Positions 41,507 to 56,180 of a stretch of DNA of 64,000 nucleotides are shown here, piece by piece. Positions within the stretch are counted from its first letter, which is position 1, and each line of letters opens with the position of its first letter. The stretch spans positions 14,942,001 through 15,006,000 of the forward strand of contig NC_043004.1 of NCBI RefSeq assembly GCF_006345805.1, written 5' to 3'. The translations under genes were made by a program, and so were the position numbers. A model generated the notes under the pieces. That model was not told the origin of the DNA. It did not search any database and saw only the letters and a program-made list of their open reading frames with translations. This DNA comes from Octopus sinensis. Lineage: Eukaryota.

Positions 41507-42149
41507 TTCTAACTTTTCATATATTTGCATTTCCATTATTATTGTTGTTTTTAACGTTACTTTGTTAATAGTTTAATTACTGCTTCTATAATATGTAAAA
41601 TAAGTGATATTGCTAAATTTGACAAATTTAATTACCTATGACAACATACAGTTTGTATGTATGCATGCGTGCATGCCCTACATACACACAAAACACACAT
41701 GTATATATATATACACACATATATTAATATGTATATACACACACACACGCACATATACAAGTGTGTGCTTGTGCGTGTGTGTGTGTGTGTGCTTGTGTGC
41801 GTGTGTGTATGTGTGCATTTATATATAGAGAGAGGGATGTGGAAACAGCACCCCTCATACGCCAGTAAGTTTCAAGAGCTATTAGGAGAGGAGAGAATAC
41901 ACACCGGTTCTGGACATACTCATATACGAGTGCTTATGTCTTTGCAGTAATTTTCATGTTGTCTCTATATATGAGTGCCTGTGGCTATCTTTAACTTGAG
42001 CCCTTTTATTATTTCCCCTGTTCTCATTCTTTCTATTTCACGTTACTTCGGGCGTGTCCGTTTTTTATAAAATTTCTTTTGTCTTAAAAATTTATGTATT
42101 TTCATTCCCTAAGTCTTTCCTCTTGCTATTGACTAACGCATTAACTTAC

Positions 42150-42187
42150 ATCGTTTAAGTTGTATTGTCCCAGCTTCTGATTATAAC
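42150..42187 (-). CDS. Candidate 38-bp small exon (xYNQKLGQYNLND), unverified
   Basis: Flanked on the minus strand by attagttttatag|G and AT|gtaagtt. It is open in phase 1, which is compatible with following the Sushi exon. No homology support. Confidence 0.25.
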
Positions 42188-43764
42188 CTATAAAACTAAT
42201 ACAGTGTTTATGCTTGTCTGTTTCAATTGACATCAACTATCTATATTTGCGTAGGAATGTGTCACAACTCTCAGCGCTGTTGCGTTTCAATTTACATTTC
42301 AATTACTCTATGTATGGTACTTTCTAATAATCAATATCGTTGAACTTGTTATGATTTTAAATTTATTCAGTGTACATTTATGAAGTAGAATTCTGATAAA
42401 TTTATTAATAAAGCGAACGTTAAATTCCACTTCGTAGGCATAAAAATGCAACGAAAAGAAATGTCTGCAAAAATATTTGCAAACAAGATTCGAAAATATT
42501 TTATAGAAATGGAATGATTTTAAGCTGAATTTTAAAGCTATATGGAAATATTTTCTGAACGTTAATAATTGACTGATGGAATATTTTTCAGCTCCTTCGA
42601 TTTAAAATTTATTATTGTTTTTAATCCATTTTCTGTGGCGAATACATAATGTGAAATATGTTAAACGAAATATGACAATTCATGACCAGCTTCATTTTCT
42701 ATGACAGCACTTTAATTTGCTACACCTTGTGAGTCTTCGTTTTCTTTAGCGATTGGGAAATAATTTACTTTTCAAGACATGTTTAAAACATTAAAATAAT
42801 CCAAGCTTAGTGAGTCATACATGATTTGAATTACATATCTCAATCAACTCGTATATTCATTCTATTAAATCATTCTTGTCACAAATAGTTGAAAGAAAAA
42901 ATATATGATGGACAAAAGACAGATTAAGTACAATGCAAAATAAAATGCCTATCAAATTGCGTTTTCTTCTGTCGCTTTTTATGTAACATGACGGTGGGGC
43001 AATAAAATAATTAAATTTGGTGTAATGGAGTGGATTCAATTTATTATAAAAATTCTAATGACTGAACTAAACAGCAATGATGCATATAGATAAGTTCATT
43101 GATTTCATATCGAAATTTGTGCAGCAGAAAAAATAATTCGTAATATCTAGCATAATATTTCTACTTTCAGCGTTGAAATCGTTTCGGCATTGTCTTATTA
43201 ATCCATAACTCCAAGAATTAATACCTTAAGTAGGAGTCCCTGCACAAGCATTAACTACGTCTAAAAATTATAGTTATCTATGAATTCAGTAATTATAAAA
43301 ATATGAAATAGAAACCTTTTTCCTATACTCTGAGATTTAACGTGAGTTATATGCTATTGCAGATATCGTACACTGTCACTGCATACAAAATTGAGATTTA
43401 TTCGATTCATTGATACAAAGTTTGAATTCGGACACCGGCAATATTTCAAACGAATTAATGAACGGATAAACGTAATAAATTTGTGTCATGGATGATAACC
43501 CTAGTAACATAATGAAATGTATATAGATGCAGATATTCCGAGACAAAAGTGACTGAGTAATTAATATTTAACAGTTTACATGGTCGCAGTTCTTGTATTG
43601 AATATTTTGGAACACGTAATTTAAATCTGAAATGCAGTGTTGAAACTAATTGAAATTATTTCCTATCTCAGTGAAAAACAACATACTGAATATTCTAATA
43701 TATATAGAGCTCTGTGTCATTCCAATTTTTTAAATTTTTTTATATATATACATATATATATATA

Positions 43765-43945
43765 GCGAAAATTTACAAAGGAGCAAAAGACGAAGATGGG
43801 TGTGTAAACAACAGGCAGATGTGTTAGTTTAACGCTCGGGAAGTTAGAAAGTATTTTACGTTTCGAGCCAACGGTCTTCGAAGAATGGAACACAAAAAAA
43901 ACAGTGAGAGAAAATAGAAATAGGTTTAGTGGCTAGCGATCTACA
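43765..43945 (-). mobile_element. Family H1 short Penelope-like element, copy 4 (most diverged)
   Basis: Homologous to 6783-6960; motif at 43851-43890. Confidence 0.55.
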
Positions 43946-43952
43946 TATGTAC

Positions 43953-44121
<169 letters not shown>

Positions 44122-47100
44122 GTGTGTGTGTATACAAAGTTTGTTCTGGGAATATTTATTTAAGCTTCGATAAACGATTTCTCGTATACAAGATTTAAGT
44201 GTTAATATAGAAGAAATACAATATAAATTGTAATAACCATATATCAAACATAATGTAACATAACTGATATGAAGTGATATTTTCAGTAAATAATAATAAA
44301 TCCTAGATATAAAATTCAACAAAAGCAATTTTCAATAGCTGGTGTGTCAAAATGGTTATTTCGCTCGACAGTAGTACAGAAAATGATATGTCATGTATAT
44401 TTCAATAAACGAATCATCGTCTCAAAATTTGCAATTAGCCTGTTTATGACTAGTAGTGTTTCTCAAAACATGAATGTGTTGCACGAATATACATCTATAA
44501 TTCCTATAGTTCTCAAACCACTTGCAGGCAATCATTACAATATAACAGCAGTTACTTTAACGGGCTTCAGAAAATTGGTGGAAGATGTGAATATATAAGT
44601 GTGTGTGTGAGTTTGATTGTGGATGCGTGTGTGAGTGTGGATGCGTCTGTATCTGTGTGTGTATGTGTGTGTGGGCGTGTTTTAATATGCCAGTGTAACT
44701 GTAGCTATTTAGGGAAGCGTGAAATGCAGGTATAACGCACAATAATAAATCTCTTATATTTTGTGGCTCATTCAAAGCAATGAACAACCAATGTCCCTAT
44801 CTATGAAACCAATCATCCAGAAGGCCATGTTTGTAAGCCATGTGAATATGCATGTGCGTGTACAGTGGTCGCTATACATATACATACATGCATATAAACG
44901 TGCATACATATATGTGTGTATATGTATGTATAATATATATGTACACATATATACATACATATACAAGTATATATGTATATATATATATGCGTGTATATAT
45001 GTATGAATAAATATATATATTTATATATACATATATATATATGTATATATTCATATATATACATATACATTTATATATATGTATATATACATATATATAC
45101 ATATACATTTATATATATGTATATATACATATGTTTATACATATATATATACATTTATATATATTTATGCATACATATATATATAGATATATATTGATAC
45201 ATACACACATGCATACACACAGACATACACACACATATTTCTGTACATATTCCATTTCATATATGCGTATTGAACAATATTTACATATATGCAATACATT
45301 TTCCCTTCCTGTGAATTATATTAACGGATTGTATTTGCATCCGTATGGAATATGACCCAATGTAACATCTTCCTATTTGTAAATATATGATTTCGCAGTC
45401 ACTTTTTCTACGCTTCCTATTCTTGATGCATTTGACGTTCTTCATATTATTTGGCTTTTTGCCGTTCTCTTATAATTATTTGTTTTTTGTTACAAATGTT
45501 ATATTTGTCCTTCAATAAAGAACATCAATAAATTACCAATGCAGGATTGTTGCTGTTAATCAAAATGTGTTCTTCGTGTAAACATAAGGAATGAAATATT
45601 AGCAACAAGTATTTCAGAAGATAGTTCCGTTCCAATATTTAATTATGTAGAAATGGGAAATATAAACGGGAATAAAGAAAGAAACTGTAACAAGAGAAGC
45701 CAAAATTAATGATTTCACTGCAAGTTTGGTGTAAACATGCATCTAAGTTTGTGTATATTTATTTTGCATTTGGCTTGTTATATGTTTCACTGAGCATATA
45801 TGTGTTTGACTAAGTGTTTGCGTAGTCAGTTACTCAGCGAGAATGATGTGATGGAATATCATCAAGAATATAACTCTTTCTTGACGTTTGATTCTTGTTT
45901 CTTTTATATTTATGAGATTTCTTAGACATCAAATTATATGAAAAATTACACAACACTTTTTTTGGCACAAGGGAAACAAATTCTGGTACATAATCGATAT
46001 AGTTATAAATGGTATTGTTCTTCTTATCCCCAATGGCTTATTCGATATATGATCAATGGTTTTTCAGCTACTTCACAAAAATTATTTTTTGTTTTTGTTG
46101 CATCTGCTGTTGTTTATCGTGTGACAAGAGTCTAGTTTAATATTATCCAGGGAATATCAGTTTATACAACAGCAACTAGGTTTTTGAGGAGATTTGGCTG
46201 CTGTTGCTAGCAGATCAAGTTGTTCTGTAAGGAACCTCTAAATCGGCTCACAATGAAAATGTATTTTTAGCAGATATTTACAACTATAGCTATCGCATAA
46301 ATAGCAATATTTGTTTGTGGGAAATCAGTGTTTGCTATAAATATTACGCCTGTTTGTTTTTACATGCCTTACTAATAACGAACGGAATGCACTGAAATCA
46401 CACAAAAAAGAAAAATAATCCACTTAACTACGATATAATCTACGTGGAAAATTTGAATAAAATGAAAGTTTATTATGAAACATGATGCTATAGATGATAC
46501 TCTACAAAGCATAAATTTGGCTCTGTAACTGTATTCATTTTCTAACACAGTTGAAAGTACCAAAGAGGTGATCCTTTCATCAAACTATTTGTAGAGAGTA
46601 GAAATTTGAAACGGAAATTAGGGAAAAAGAGGATACATACAATATCCATATTAAATTTTTGCTTCATTATTACAAAGTTCTTAAAATATCTAGTCGGTAG
46701 TAATCACCTAACACACAACATTCCTTTCATGAATCGTCAGCATTGAGATATTTCAGTGTAAAATGTTTATCAAGATTCACTCAATACCTTAAAATGAACA
46801 TGTATTTAAGCGCGCATGTGTGTATGTGCATGCTTATGTGAGTATGTCTGTGTGTGTGTGTCTGCGCGCTTCAGCATTTATGCATTTTTTTGTGCTTCAA
46901 TGAGTCCATTTTGAATATACACAGGAATTGATCCCTAAATTACTTGAGTATTGTTCTTTTTATTGGCTGTAAAATATTTCCCTAGATCATCTTTCTGCGT
47001 AATATCTAAATATAGATTGATATTCTTGCAATAAATATTGTTCATATGATACTAATATACAAGAGTTTTCTGCTGGGATGTCTGAATCAGTCAACACACA

Positions 47101-47364
47101 CACACATATGTGTGTGTGGGTATATATATATACATACGTATACACACAACACACACACATACACGCATACACACACGCACGCACACGCACACACACACAT
47201 ATATATATATGTAACAAGGACTAGAAGAGGAGGAACAGACACACAGAATGAAATATAAAGAGATAAATAAAAAGCCAATTTGTCATTGCGGATATATTGC
47301 ACTTTATCTAATAAAATTATCTTCATTCGGGAGCATGTGACTGCAATAATATTTTTACAATTTA

Positions 47365-47780
47365 AGGCGGCGAGCTGGCAGAAATGTTAGCACCCAGGGC
47401 GAAATGCTTAGCGGTATTTCGTCTGTCTTTATGTTCTGAGTTCAAATTGCCTTTCATACATTCGGGGTCGATTAAATAAGTATCAGTTACGCAGTGGGGT
47501 CGATATAAACGATTCAATCCGTTTGTTTGTCCTTGTTTGTCCCCTCTGGGTGTAGCCTTTTGTAGGCAGTAAAGAAATAAGAAACGTTAGCACGCGGGGT
47601 GAAATGTTTAGTGGTATGTCGTTTGTCTTTACGTACTGAGTTCACATTCCGCCGAGGTCGACTTTGTCTTTCAGTCTTTCAGAGTCGATAAATTAAGTAC
47701 TAGCTGCATTCTAGGGTCGATCTAATTAACTTGCCCCGCCTCCACCAAAATTTCGGGCCTCGTACGTAGAGTAGAAAAGA
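47365..47780 (+). mobile_element. SINE family B, dimeric form (period about 200 bp)
   Basis: Head aaggcggcgagctggcagaaatgttagcac. The second unit restarts at agaaacgttagcacgc (about 47580). Confidence 0.9.
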
Positions 47781-49182
47781 ATATTTTTACAATTTGTTTT
47801 GCTGTTTTTTACCGTGTTGCTTGATTACAGATGTTTGGGGACTGCCACTGAAAATTTATGTAAATCATTCGCTAGATCTAAAAACTTTTGTTTTACTGTT
47901 ATATATTAATTGAAGCAATATTATAATTACTATCATAATTTTAGTCAGGTTTCTTTTACCATAAACTCTAAAACGTTACTTGTTGTGTGTTAATATTCCT
48001 GCATAGAGCGCAAAAGGCTACTCTAAAACTCTCTGTTAAAGGCTACACATTTTGTCAAAAACTTATAACTCGGAAAACGCAAATAAACCGCACTTGAATG
48101 CATTTCAGTATATTGATTCCTTATCTAAGTTGGTGATTTTTCTTTCTATATATACTTGCACATATGGTGATGTATCGACATTATGTCTTGTTGTTTTCCC
48201 TCTACTTAGTGCAAAATGTTTTGATGGTGTAGACGTGTTTCTGTCAGCCCGTACGGAGTGTACCTGAGATAAATGCCTTCCAGCAATGACCATTGTGCTA
48301 TCTTTTATCAACTCAGTAGTATCTTATAGTACATGGTGGAATAAATTCTTGGATATATATTTTTAGCTGACAGGGCTAAATATAAGGGAAATTAGTTTGC
48401 TATCCCTAGCAGGTCAGCAAGTAGCATAGAAGCTGCTTTTTGTTAGGAGATTAGCATTGATAAACAGGTTAATGTAACCCTACTTTGAAAAAGAGCTCAA
48501 CACTATGATATAGAGCGATCCACATTGAAAGCTTTCTTCGATACATTGAGTTGCCGATACACGTATTACAATGTTATTTGAGAGTTGTACATATTTCTGA
48601 GTCTTCTCTTAAGAACAAAATCCCATTTAAATACAAAAGCTCTATTTACTTTACAGATATTCTTGTTAACTATACTTTTATTTTATTAGAGTGACATATG
48701 TAATATCAGCCGAAATAATAATCAAAATCTCTTGGCAGTTACGTAACCACATAAGAAGACCTAAATTTGAGGAGACATTGAGTATCAATGAATATAGAAG
48801 GGTAGAAAAATATATCGATATATATAATAGTTTAGTTTCATTGCATGAAATGCTACAGTGAGTGCTTAAATACATTTGTACTAATATAAAATATCGCAAG
48901 AATATTCAATGTGTTAACAAATTTAGTGTATAAGGATAAATTATGCACTATATCATGATGTGATGCAAACCATATTTGAACTATTGCCATGAAGGGAAAA
49001 CGCATTCTATATGCACGTGTATATTAGCACATCAACCTATCCCATAACCGATATAGGTTGTGTATATATATATATAAATATATATATATATACACATTCA
49101 TATATGAGTGTGTGTATGTGTAAATGTATATATTTATATACATATGTATACATGTATGTGTAATCTGTACAATAGATCATCA

Positions 49183-49244
<62 letters not shown>

Positions 49245-49607
49245 ATAGTAGTAGTAATAGTAGCAGCAGCAGCAGCAGCAAAAACAGTAGTAACATTAAG
49301 CATAATTAACGTAGTGAAACAGTTATACAAATTATCGTTCAATAAGCGATAGATGAAAAATAATTTCATAAGAATTATTATAGACTTTACAAGTTAACCA
49401 TTGAACTGAGCCAGTTTTCTTTGATTAATTTAAGCTCCTAAAAAAGACAACAATTCCAGAACATTTCATAATATTACATCAAATACATACATAATAATTA
49501 CGATGTCAGAACGGTAGGGTGTAATTACAACATATGAGGTCGCAATTAAGTGGACAGATCTGCTTTTAATAATAATCAAACTAATAATAATAATAATAAT
49601 AATAATC

Positions 49608-49644
<37 letters not shown>

Positions 49645-52388
49645 CTTTAAAATTACGTAAAATTTGAATAATAATCGTTAATTATTTTAACTTCAGCTTC
49701 ATTATTTTAATTTCAGCTTCTTATTTGCACACTTCATATTTGCTCGTAAGTTTTCTATTTTCACTGGTAATTTTTGTACTAGAATTACAAACATGGCAAC
49801 TACTATTTTGTTTGTCGCAAGTTGTTTATTTATCTGCACTAGAACATATAAATATGGAACTATTTTATGGGAGTTTTAAAACATATGTTAGTGTTTGATA
49901 TTTCAAAATAGTTTCATGTTTTCTTGATAACGTTGTGACTAAGAAATAAATAGTAAAGTGTTTTATATTCATTACAGTGTTAATTAAAGCACTATTCTCA
50001 GAGTTAAGGCAGTAGAAAGAAGAGAAACAATTTTCACATCGTGACAAAATTCATTTTCAAATCGTTGAAATCTCTGTTGAAATACATATAGCAAATAAGT
50101 TCGGTTTGTACAGTTCCTATTACCAATTCTAGCGCAGATTGTTACTTAATTGGCATTGCCAAGATTTAGAGCTGCAATGTGAACATTCAGTACATCGATT
50201 TTTACCACTCTATGTATGGTGGGACGTCATCTGAAGCAATTGTTATTATAATCATTCTAAAAGGCATAATTTAAGAAGCAATATATTATGATACTAAATT
50301 CAGCTAATTAACTTCAGATATTATCATTCATGCATGTTTTTTTCGTGGATAATAATGTTTGTAATTCACTCCCTATTTATTTATCCAGCTTCTATTCGTG
50401 AGCGCCACGAGGAATTGCTATTAATTTAAAGTAACTGTATAGCTGGCCAATATAATAAATGTCATTCAATCATTAATGCATTTTGTGTTTAGCCTTGAGC
50501 CAGAAATTCGCAGCTCAATTAGGCCGAGTTTGCAGAGATATCAAAAACATCGACTAAAAACCAGCTCATTACTTCAGATGACGTGCGACTTGGATGAATT
50601 TCTATTCTAAATTGATGTTTTAGATTAGGTGTATAATATGCTTTGGAATGTCATTATGCATTCTTTAAAAATTATTGTAAGATTATTTCCTGAGCAGTGG
50701 TAATCAACTCCATACATGCAGGCAGTATAGTCGGACATTATTCAATCACCATAGATTTTATGCAATTATGCACTATAGTATTTATATCGTTATCATAATT
50801 TTTTCTATTATGTGTTCAGTTATTATTCCCCTTTTTTACTATCATACTGTTATATTAGTGTTCCATGTTGTGTGAATTCGTCGATGCCTCGAATTGCCTG
50901 TGCTACTTTACCGAGCATGATCATATTGATATACGTATTTGTTTTTATTAGGTCTGAGACGGCAAGGTTTGCGTTTTTATGATGCTATTTTAACGTTCAG
51001 ATTCATAATCAGGAAATACCTCTATTTTGTCATAAACAGATGTGTTTTTAAAATGTAATTATTTCTTTAATTGTTAAAAGTCAAAATCGTAAGTTAAAAG
51101 TACCCCAAATTTTAAAACTTACTATTTTCCTCTATAAAATTTCTTATACCAATGTAGGCATATTTATCATATATATATTTTTGACTGTGTTTACTGGTCA
51201 GCATCCTATTGAGCGGGTACTCTATACTCGCTTTAGTATTGGTTTTGTTACTCCTCTTCATCCTGATTTACATGTGGGAAGTGTATCTTCGTGATTTATG
51301 TTGTAAATTGTATAATTTGCGGTCATATTTTCTCGTTACATATTTCCATGCGGCCTGTTTCTCTTTTTGCCTTTCTTTTTCTATATGTATCTCTTAAAAT
51401 GTATTTTCCTAATTTAGATTATGCCTTAAGGTCCAAAGTTTTGTTTAGACACGGGCTGTTAATTTTCGAAATTATCGCAGTTTATTATCGAAATTGCTCT
51501 GTTAAGAGAAGAATGTACAGAAATATACTCCTCTAAGCTTGCAACATATTCTTAACATATCTAATTTCAACTCTTCTCTTTTGTTTATGTCCTGTTCTAT
51601 TTAGAATACTATCATTTTCGGCAGTTACCAGTTTATTTGATTCTACTGACAGAGGTTACGCACGTTCCACTTTCTGCACTTTTTAATTCTACTCTCCAAA
51701 TAAGCATTTTCGAGTTAACTTGGACTTAATAAAACGATTTCCATTTGTATAGTTAAATTTTTTTATAATGTCTTTATTAAACAGAGCAAGATTGTTTACT
51801 TCGCTGAAATTTCATCAAGGACCACTATTAAAACTGATAGTAGACTAATTATATGAGTTAATTTTCAATAAATTTTACAAGATTTACGTATGTAATTATC
51901 TTTTAACATTTTCCTTATTTTCATTATTTGTAGTTTCTAAACATTTTTATTTGAACTTTTTAGGAGCAAATCATAATTGGTGTATTCATTATTATTCTAA
52001 TGATTCTAATTATTATTATAATTATTGTTGTTGTTGTTATTATTACTATTTTCATATACACTCAACAGATTAGACTGTTGAGAAGGAAAAAAAACCTAAC
52101 ATCGGGCTACAAGTAACCTTAGATTCCAAAAACCCTCCTAAGTATCCTAGCTGTCCCTAATAACACTGTTTTCTGGAGCTGTACTAAATTGGTTTTTATG
52201 CCTATTTCCCCTATCCATTTGTTCAGATATTTAGGGATAGTTACCAATGCATCTATAACTACTTGGATACATTTTACCCGCACTTTCCATAGTCTCCGTA
52301 ACTCTATAGCTAGGCCCTGGTACTTCGATATTTTTTATTTATTTATTTATTATTATTATTATTATTATAATTATTATTATTATTATTA

Positions 52389-52446
<58 letters not shown>

Positions 52447-52713
52447 CGCAGAATAGTGATGGGGTGGGCTTGGTTATGCACTAATCACCATATGAAAGCA
52501 AACACCACTAAGATCAACAATATTAAATAAGAATAAATGAACAATAGGAACAATAAAACGTGTAAATAGCAATGATAGGAAGGGGGGCAAACAATACCAA
52601 TTGCATAATAATATAAAACGTTGCAGGGTTGGATAGGTTTTTAACCGACAAAGCCAGCAGTGCTTGTGTTTAGTGCAAATTGCAGAATCAATTGAATGAA
52701 AAAATGTCCTCAC

Positions 52714-52914
52714 CAGTGCCATCTACCGTGTTGAGAACGCATTCTGGTTCTTCTCCACTCCAGGAAAGATCTCCTTGGCATACCCTCATGAAGAGGCCAA
52801 CTAGCTTGTATGAGTCCACACAGGAATACTTGGCTACTGCACCGAATTGGTTGAAAGGAAAGATAACTACTTTGCCATTGGAAATTTTGGTGTTTATAGC
52901 TTTGCATCTGATAT
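52714..52914 (-). CDS. Internal coding exon encoding one Sushi/CCP/SCR domain of an extracellular or membrane protein
   Basis: Acceptor ttttttcttttccatttcag| and donor G|gtgagg, 201 bp, phase 1-1. The open frame is IRCKAINTKISNGKVVIFPFNQFGAVAKYSCVDSYKLVGLFMRVCQGDLSWSGEEPECVLNTVDGT, with four Cys, NG, Y-x-C, Y-x-L-x-G and WSG-x-x-P-x-C. Confidence 0.9.
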
Positions 52915-52959
52915 CTGAAATGGAAAAGAAAAAAGTTGTTTAAATTTATACTAATACTC

Positions 52960-53200
52960 TTTTACTCTTTTACTTGTTTCAGTCACGTGACAGTGGCCAT
53001 GCTGGAGCACTGCCTATAGTCATGCAAATCGACGCCAGGACTTATTCTTTGTAAGCCTAGTGCTTATTCTATCGATCTCTTTTGCCGAACCGCTAAGTTG
53101 CGGGGACGTAAACACACCACCATCGGTTGTCAAGCGATGTTGGCGGGACAAATACAGACAAGCAAACATATACCCACACACATACATACATACATACATA

Positions 53201-53285
<85 letters not shown>

Positions 53286-53463
53286 CATACATACATACAT
53301 ACGATAGGCTTCTTTCAGTTTCCGTCTACCAAATCCACTCACAAGCCTTTGGTCGGCCCGAGGCTATAGTGGAAGACACTTACCCAAGGTATCATGGACT
53401 GGGACTGAACCCGGAACCATGTGGCGGGTAAGCAAGTTACTTACCACACAGCCACTCCTACGC
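52960..53463 (-). mobile_element. SINE family A, full length, about 45 bp from the Sushi exon acceptor
   Basis: Homologous to 20002-20398. Confidence 0.9.
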
Positions 53464-54350
53464 TTCATTATTATATAATAATCTATATTAATGAAATATT
53501 TACGGTACAATGTAGTGGAAAGAATTCTATAGTTTGTCATAATAAAGACTATATTGCTTTTAGAGAGCTATGTTTCGTTTGATATACTATGTTGTATATC
53601 TTTACAGTGATACTGCAGGGAATATCTCTTCAATTTTATATGAAATGGATCTAAAACTGTAGTTTCGTATATATTTGCTCTTCTGGCATAGAATCAACCT
53701 GTTAATAGATCTTGTTCGATTCTGGAGTTGTGTACTATCTCAAGAAAGAAAGTATTTTTACTGCCTATAAGCAGTTATACCAAATAAATAACAAAATTCT
53801 AACTTTTCATCTCTGCGTATCCATTAAGAACCATACAGATATATGTGTGTTATAATGACTGCATCTAAAGAATATTACTGCGTGTTTTTCTCTATGTATA
53901 TTAGTAATAGATTTATCAAAGAAGAAAATTGATGTTTTTTTGTATATATATATTTACAAATAAATAACTGACACACATAAAAAGAAATAAAATGGAAAAA
54001 TCAAGTAACTAACATATTTACTCCAAGGATGTATTTGATGTGAGCTCTAATCACTGTATAATCGGAATTTTAAAGGATGCTTCATTAAGTTACCCACAGG
54101 CGAATAGATTATGAAATGTTGATATGAGATACAACCTTTATGTAATACAGTATTTCATATATATTTACAATGTCACTCTCACCAACACTTCTGTCCTTCT
54201 AAGCCAGTATCTATTACGAATATGTAGGTTTTTCTGTTACATTGAAATACTATAATCTCGATTGGATAAGACACTTGGCCGCTTCAGTTAAATGTGATGA
54301 GTTGTTACCAAAATATGTTACAAATAATATAAACGATAAACGATAAGCAT

Positions 54351-54650
54351 CGCCCTTTTCAAGCCTAGCTAGACTCATGGGCCCGGTTTCCCGGTTTCTG
54401 TGGTGAGCGTTCCTCCCAGCTGGACGGGATGCCAGTCTATCGCAGCGTTACTCAAGAAATTGAAAGAGAGAGTGAGAGATAGTTGTGTTGAGAGAGTACA
54501 ACAGGGGTTACCACCACCTCCTGCCGGAGCATCGTGGAGCTTTTAGGTGTTTTCGCTCAATAAACACACACAACGCCTGGTCTGGGAATCGAAACCGCGA
54601 TCCTCCGACCACGAGTCTGCTGCCCTACCCACTGGGCCATTGCGCCTCCA
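54351..54650 (-). mobile_element. SINE family C copy
   Basis: Reverse-complement match to 40355-40655. Confidence 0.9.
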
Positions 54651-54744
54651 CTACAAATAATATACTGTTGCTATTTCATATGATTCTCAAATTATTCTGA
54701 GATTTATGTTTGCCAGTTTTTTTTTTAATATTAGGCACACGTAA

Positions 54745-54960
54745 GGGCAGCAAGTTGGGAGAATCGTTATGACAGCGGCCAAAATATTTGGCGGCATTTT
54801 CTCATTCATTGCGTCCAGAGTTCAAAATCCGCCCAGGTTGATTTAACAATTTGTTCCTTCGGGGACTGTGAAATAAGTAACAATTGAGCACTGGAGATGA
54901 CCTGATCGATTTAGCATCTGCCTCAAAATATCTGGCCTCGTGCCAGAATTTGAAATTTGA
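54745..54960 (+). mobile_element. SINE family B monomer, degenerate
   Basis: gggcagcaagttgggagaatcgtt...gagttcaaaatccgcccagg...ggcctcgtgccagaatttgaaa. Confidence 0.65.
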
Positions 54961-55009
54961 AAACAATATATTTCACACACATATACATTAACACACACAT
55001 ACACACACA

Positions 55010-55077
<68 letters not shown>

Positions 55078-55439
55078 AATATGTATATATTATTATAAAT
55101 CCGTCACCTACATGCATTATATGCACCTCATAAACGTACTTCTGTACGTGAAACTATTAGTGGCGCATATAGTGCATGTAGTATGTAGCCTTCATCGTAA
55201 TATTAAACTCTCATTAGATGGAGTACTCTTACTAGAATGGAGTATTCTTGCTAATTTTTACACTAGAATGGACGAAAGTGCTATTATGTGATATATGATA
55301 TATGATGTATAAAAACATGTAACATACAAATAAATATCTGTAGATATAAAACCATCCGAATTTCTGAGTATCTCATTTCTTCTAATAAAAAATACTTGTA
55401 CATCATCTCCAAACCTCCTAATATATATATATATATATA

Positions 55440-55528
<89 letters not shown>

Positions 55529-55679
55529 ATTTGATGTTGGTCAATATAGTGTTAATAATAATTGTTAACTTCCTAATCTCAATTTTTTTCTCTTCTTATA
55601 CACACAAATATACTCACATATATATTAAATATAGGTATATATTGTGCAGAGACGCATATATATATATATATATATATAA

Positions 55680-55730
<51 letters not shown>

Positions 55731-55734
<4 letters not shown>

Positions 55735-56066
55735 TGAGAGAGTGACCACTATGTGGTCTACTCTAGTGCTAAAAATAGATCCACTATAGTATAGCCACTG
55801 CTGCGTCGAAATATAACGAGCGATTTAATAAATTGTATTTAAGACAAACTCCTGCTGATGATTTATGGATGTTGTGTAAGTAAAATTGTATTTACTTTAA
55901 TAATGAAACAATTGTTCAGGGTTAATCTATTTTTGCGTTATTTTTCACTTGCCCCACGTTAAATGTTGTGTTATTTCTCCTTAGAAATAATTATTTTAGT
56001 GGCTATACCATAGTGGATCTACTTTTAGCACTAGAGTAGACTACATAGTGGTCACTCTCTCATATT
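55731..56066. mobile_element. MITE-like element, 336 bp, 69-bp TIRs, TA on both sides
   Basis: 55731-55799 and 55998-56066 are inverted repeats matching at 66/69 positions. Each TIR contains an internal hairpin (left: gagtgaccac-tat-gtggtc-t-actc). Confidence 0.85.
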
Positions 56067-56180
56067 TATGTATAAATTTGTATTGTATCCCTGATCTTTA
56101 TGTGCTAAGCCACTTGATGTTAAATTGATGGTATTATTAAATTAATATCACATTTTGCACCCTCATTTATATATATATAT

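Noticed and set aside
50200-50240. HYR-like start DDVPPYIE on the minus strand
   Set aside because: The frame closes after nine codons and the donor is weak, so it is consistent with chance.
52680-52943. ORF-track entries 52680..52943 (+) and 52710..52907 (-)
   Set aside because: They are shadow frames of the Sushi exon, which lies in a different minus-strand frame.
54182-54290. Minus-strand frame ...FQCNRK...GLEGQKC ending at a gtgaga donor
   Set aside because: There is no convincing acceptor, and the cysteine spacing fits neither EGF nor Sushi domains.
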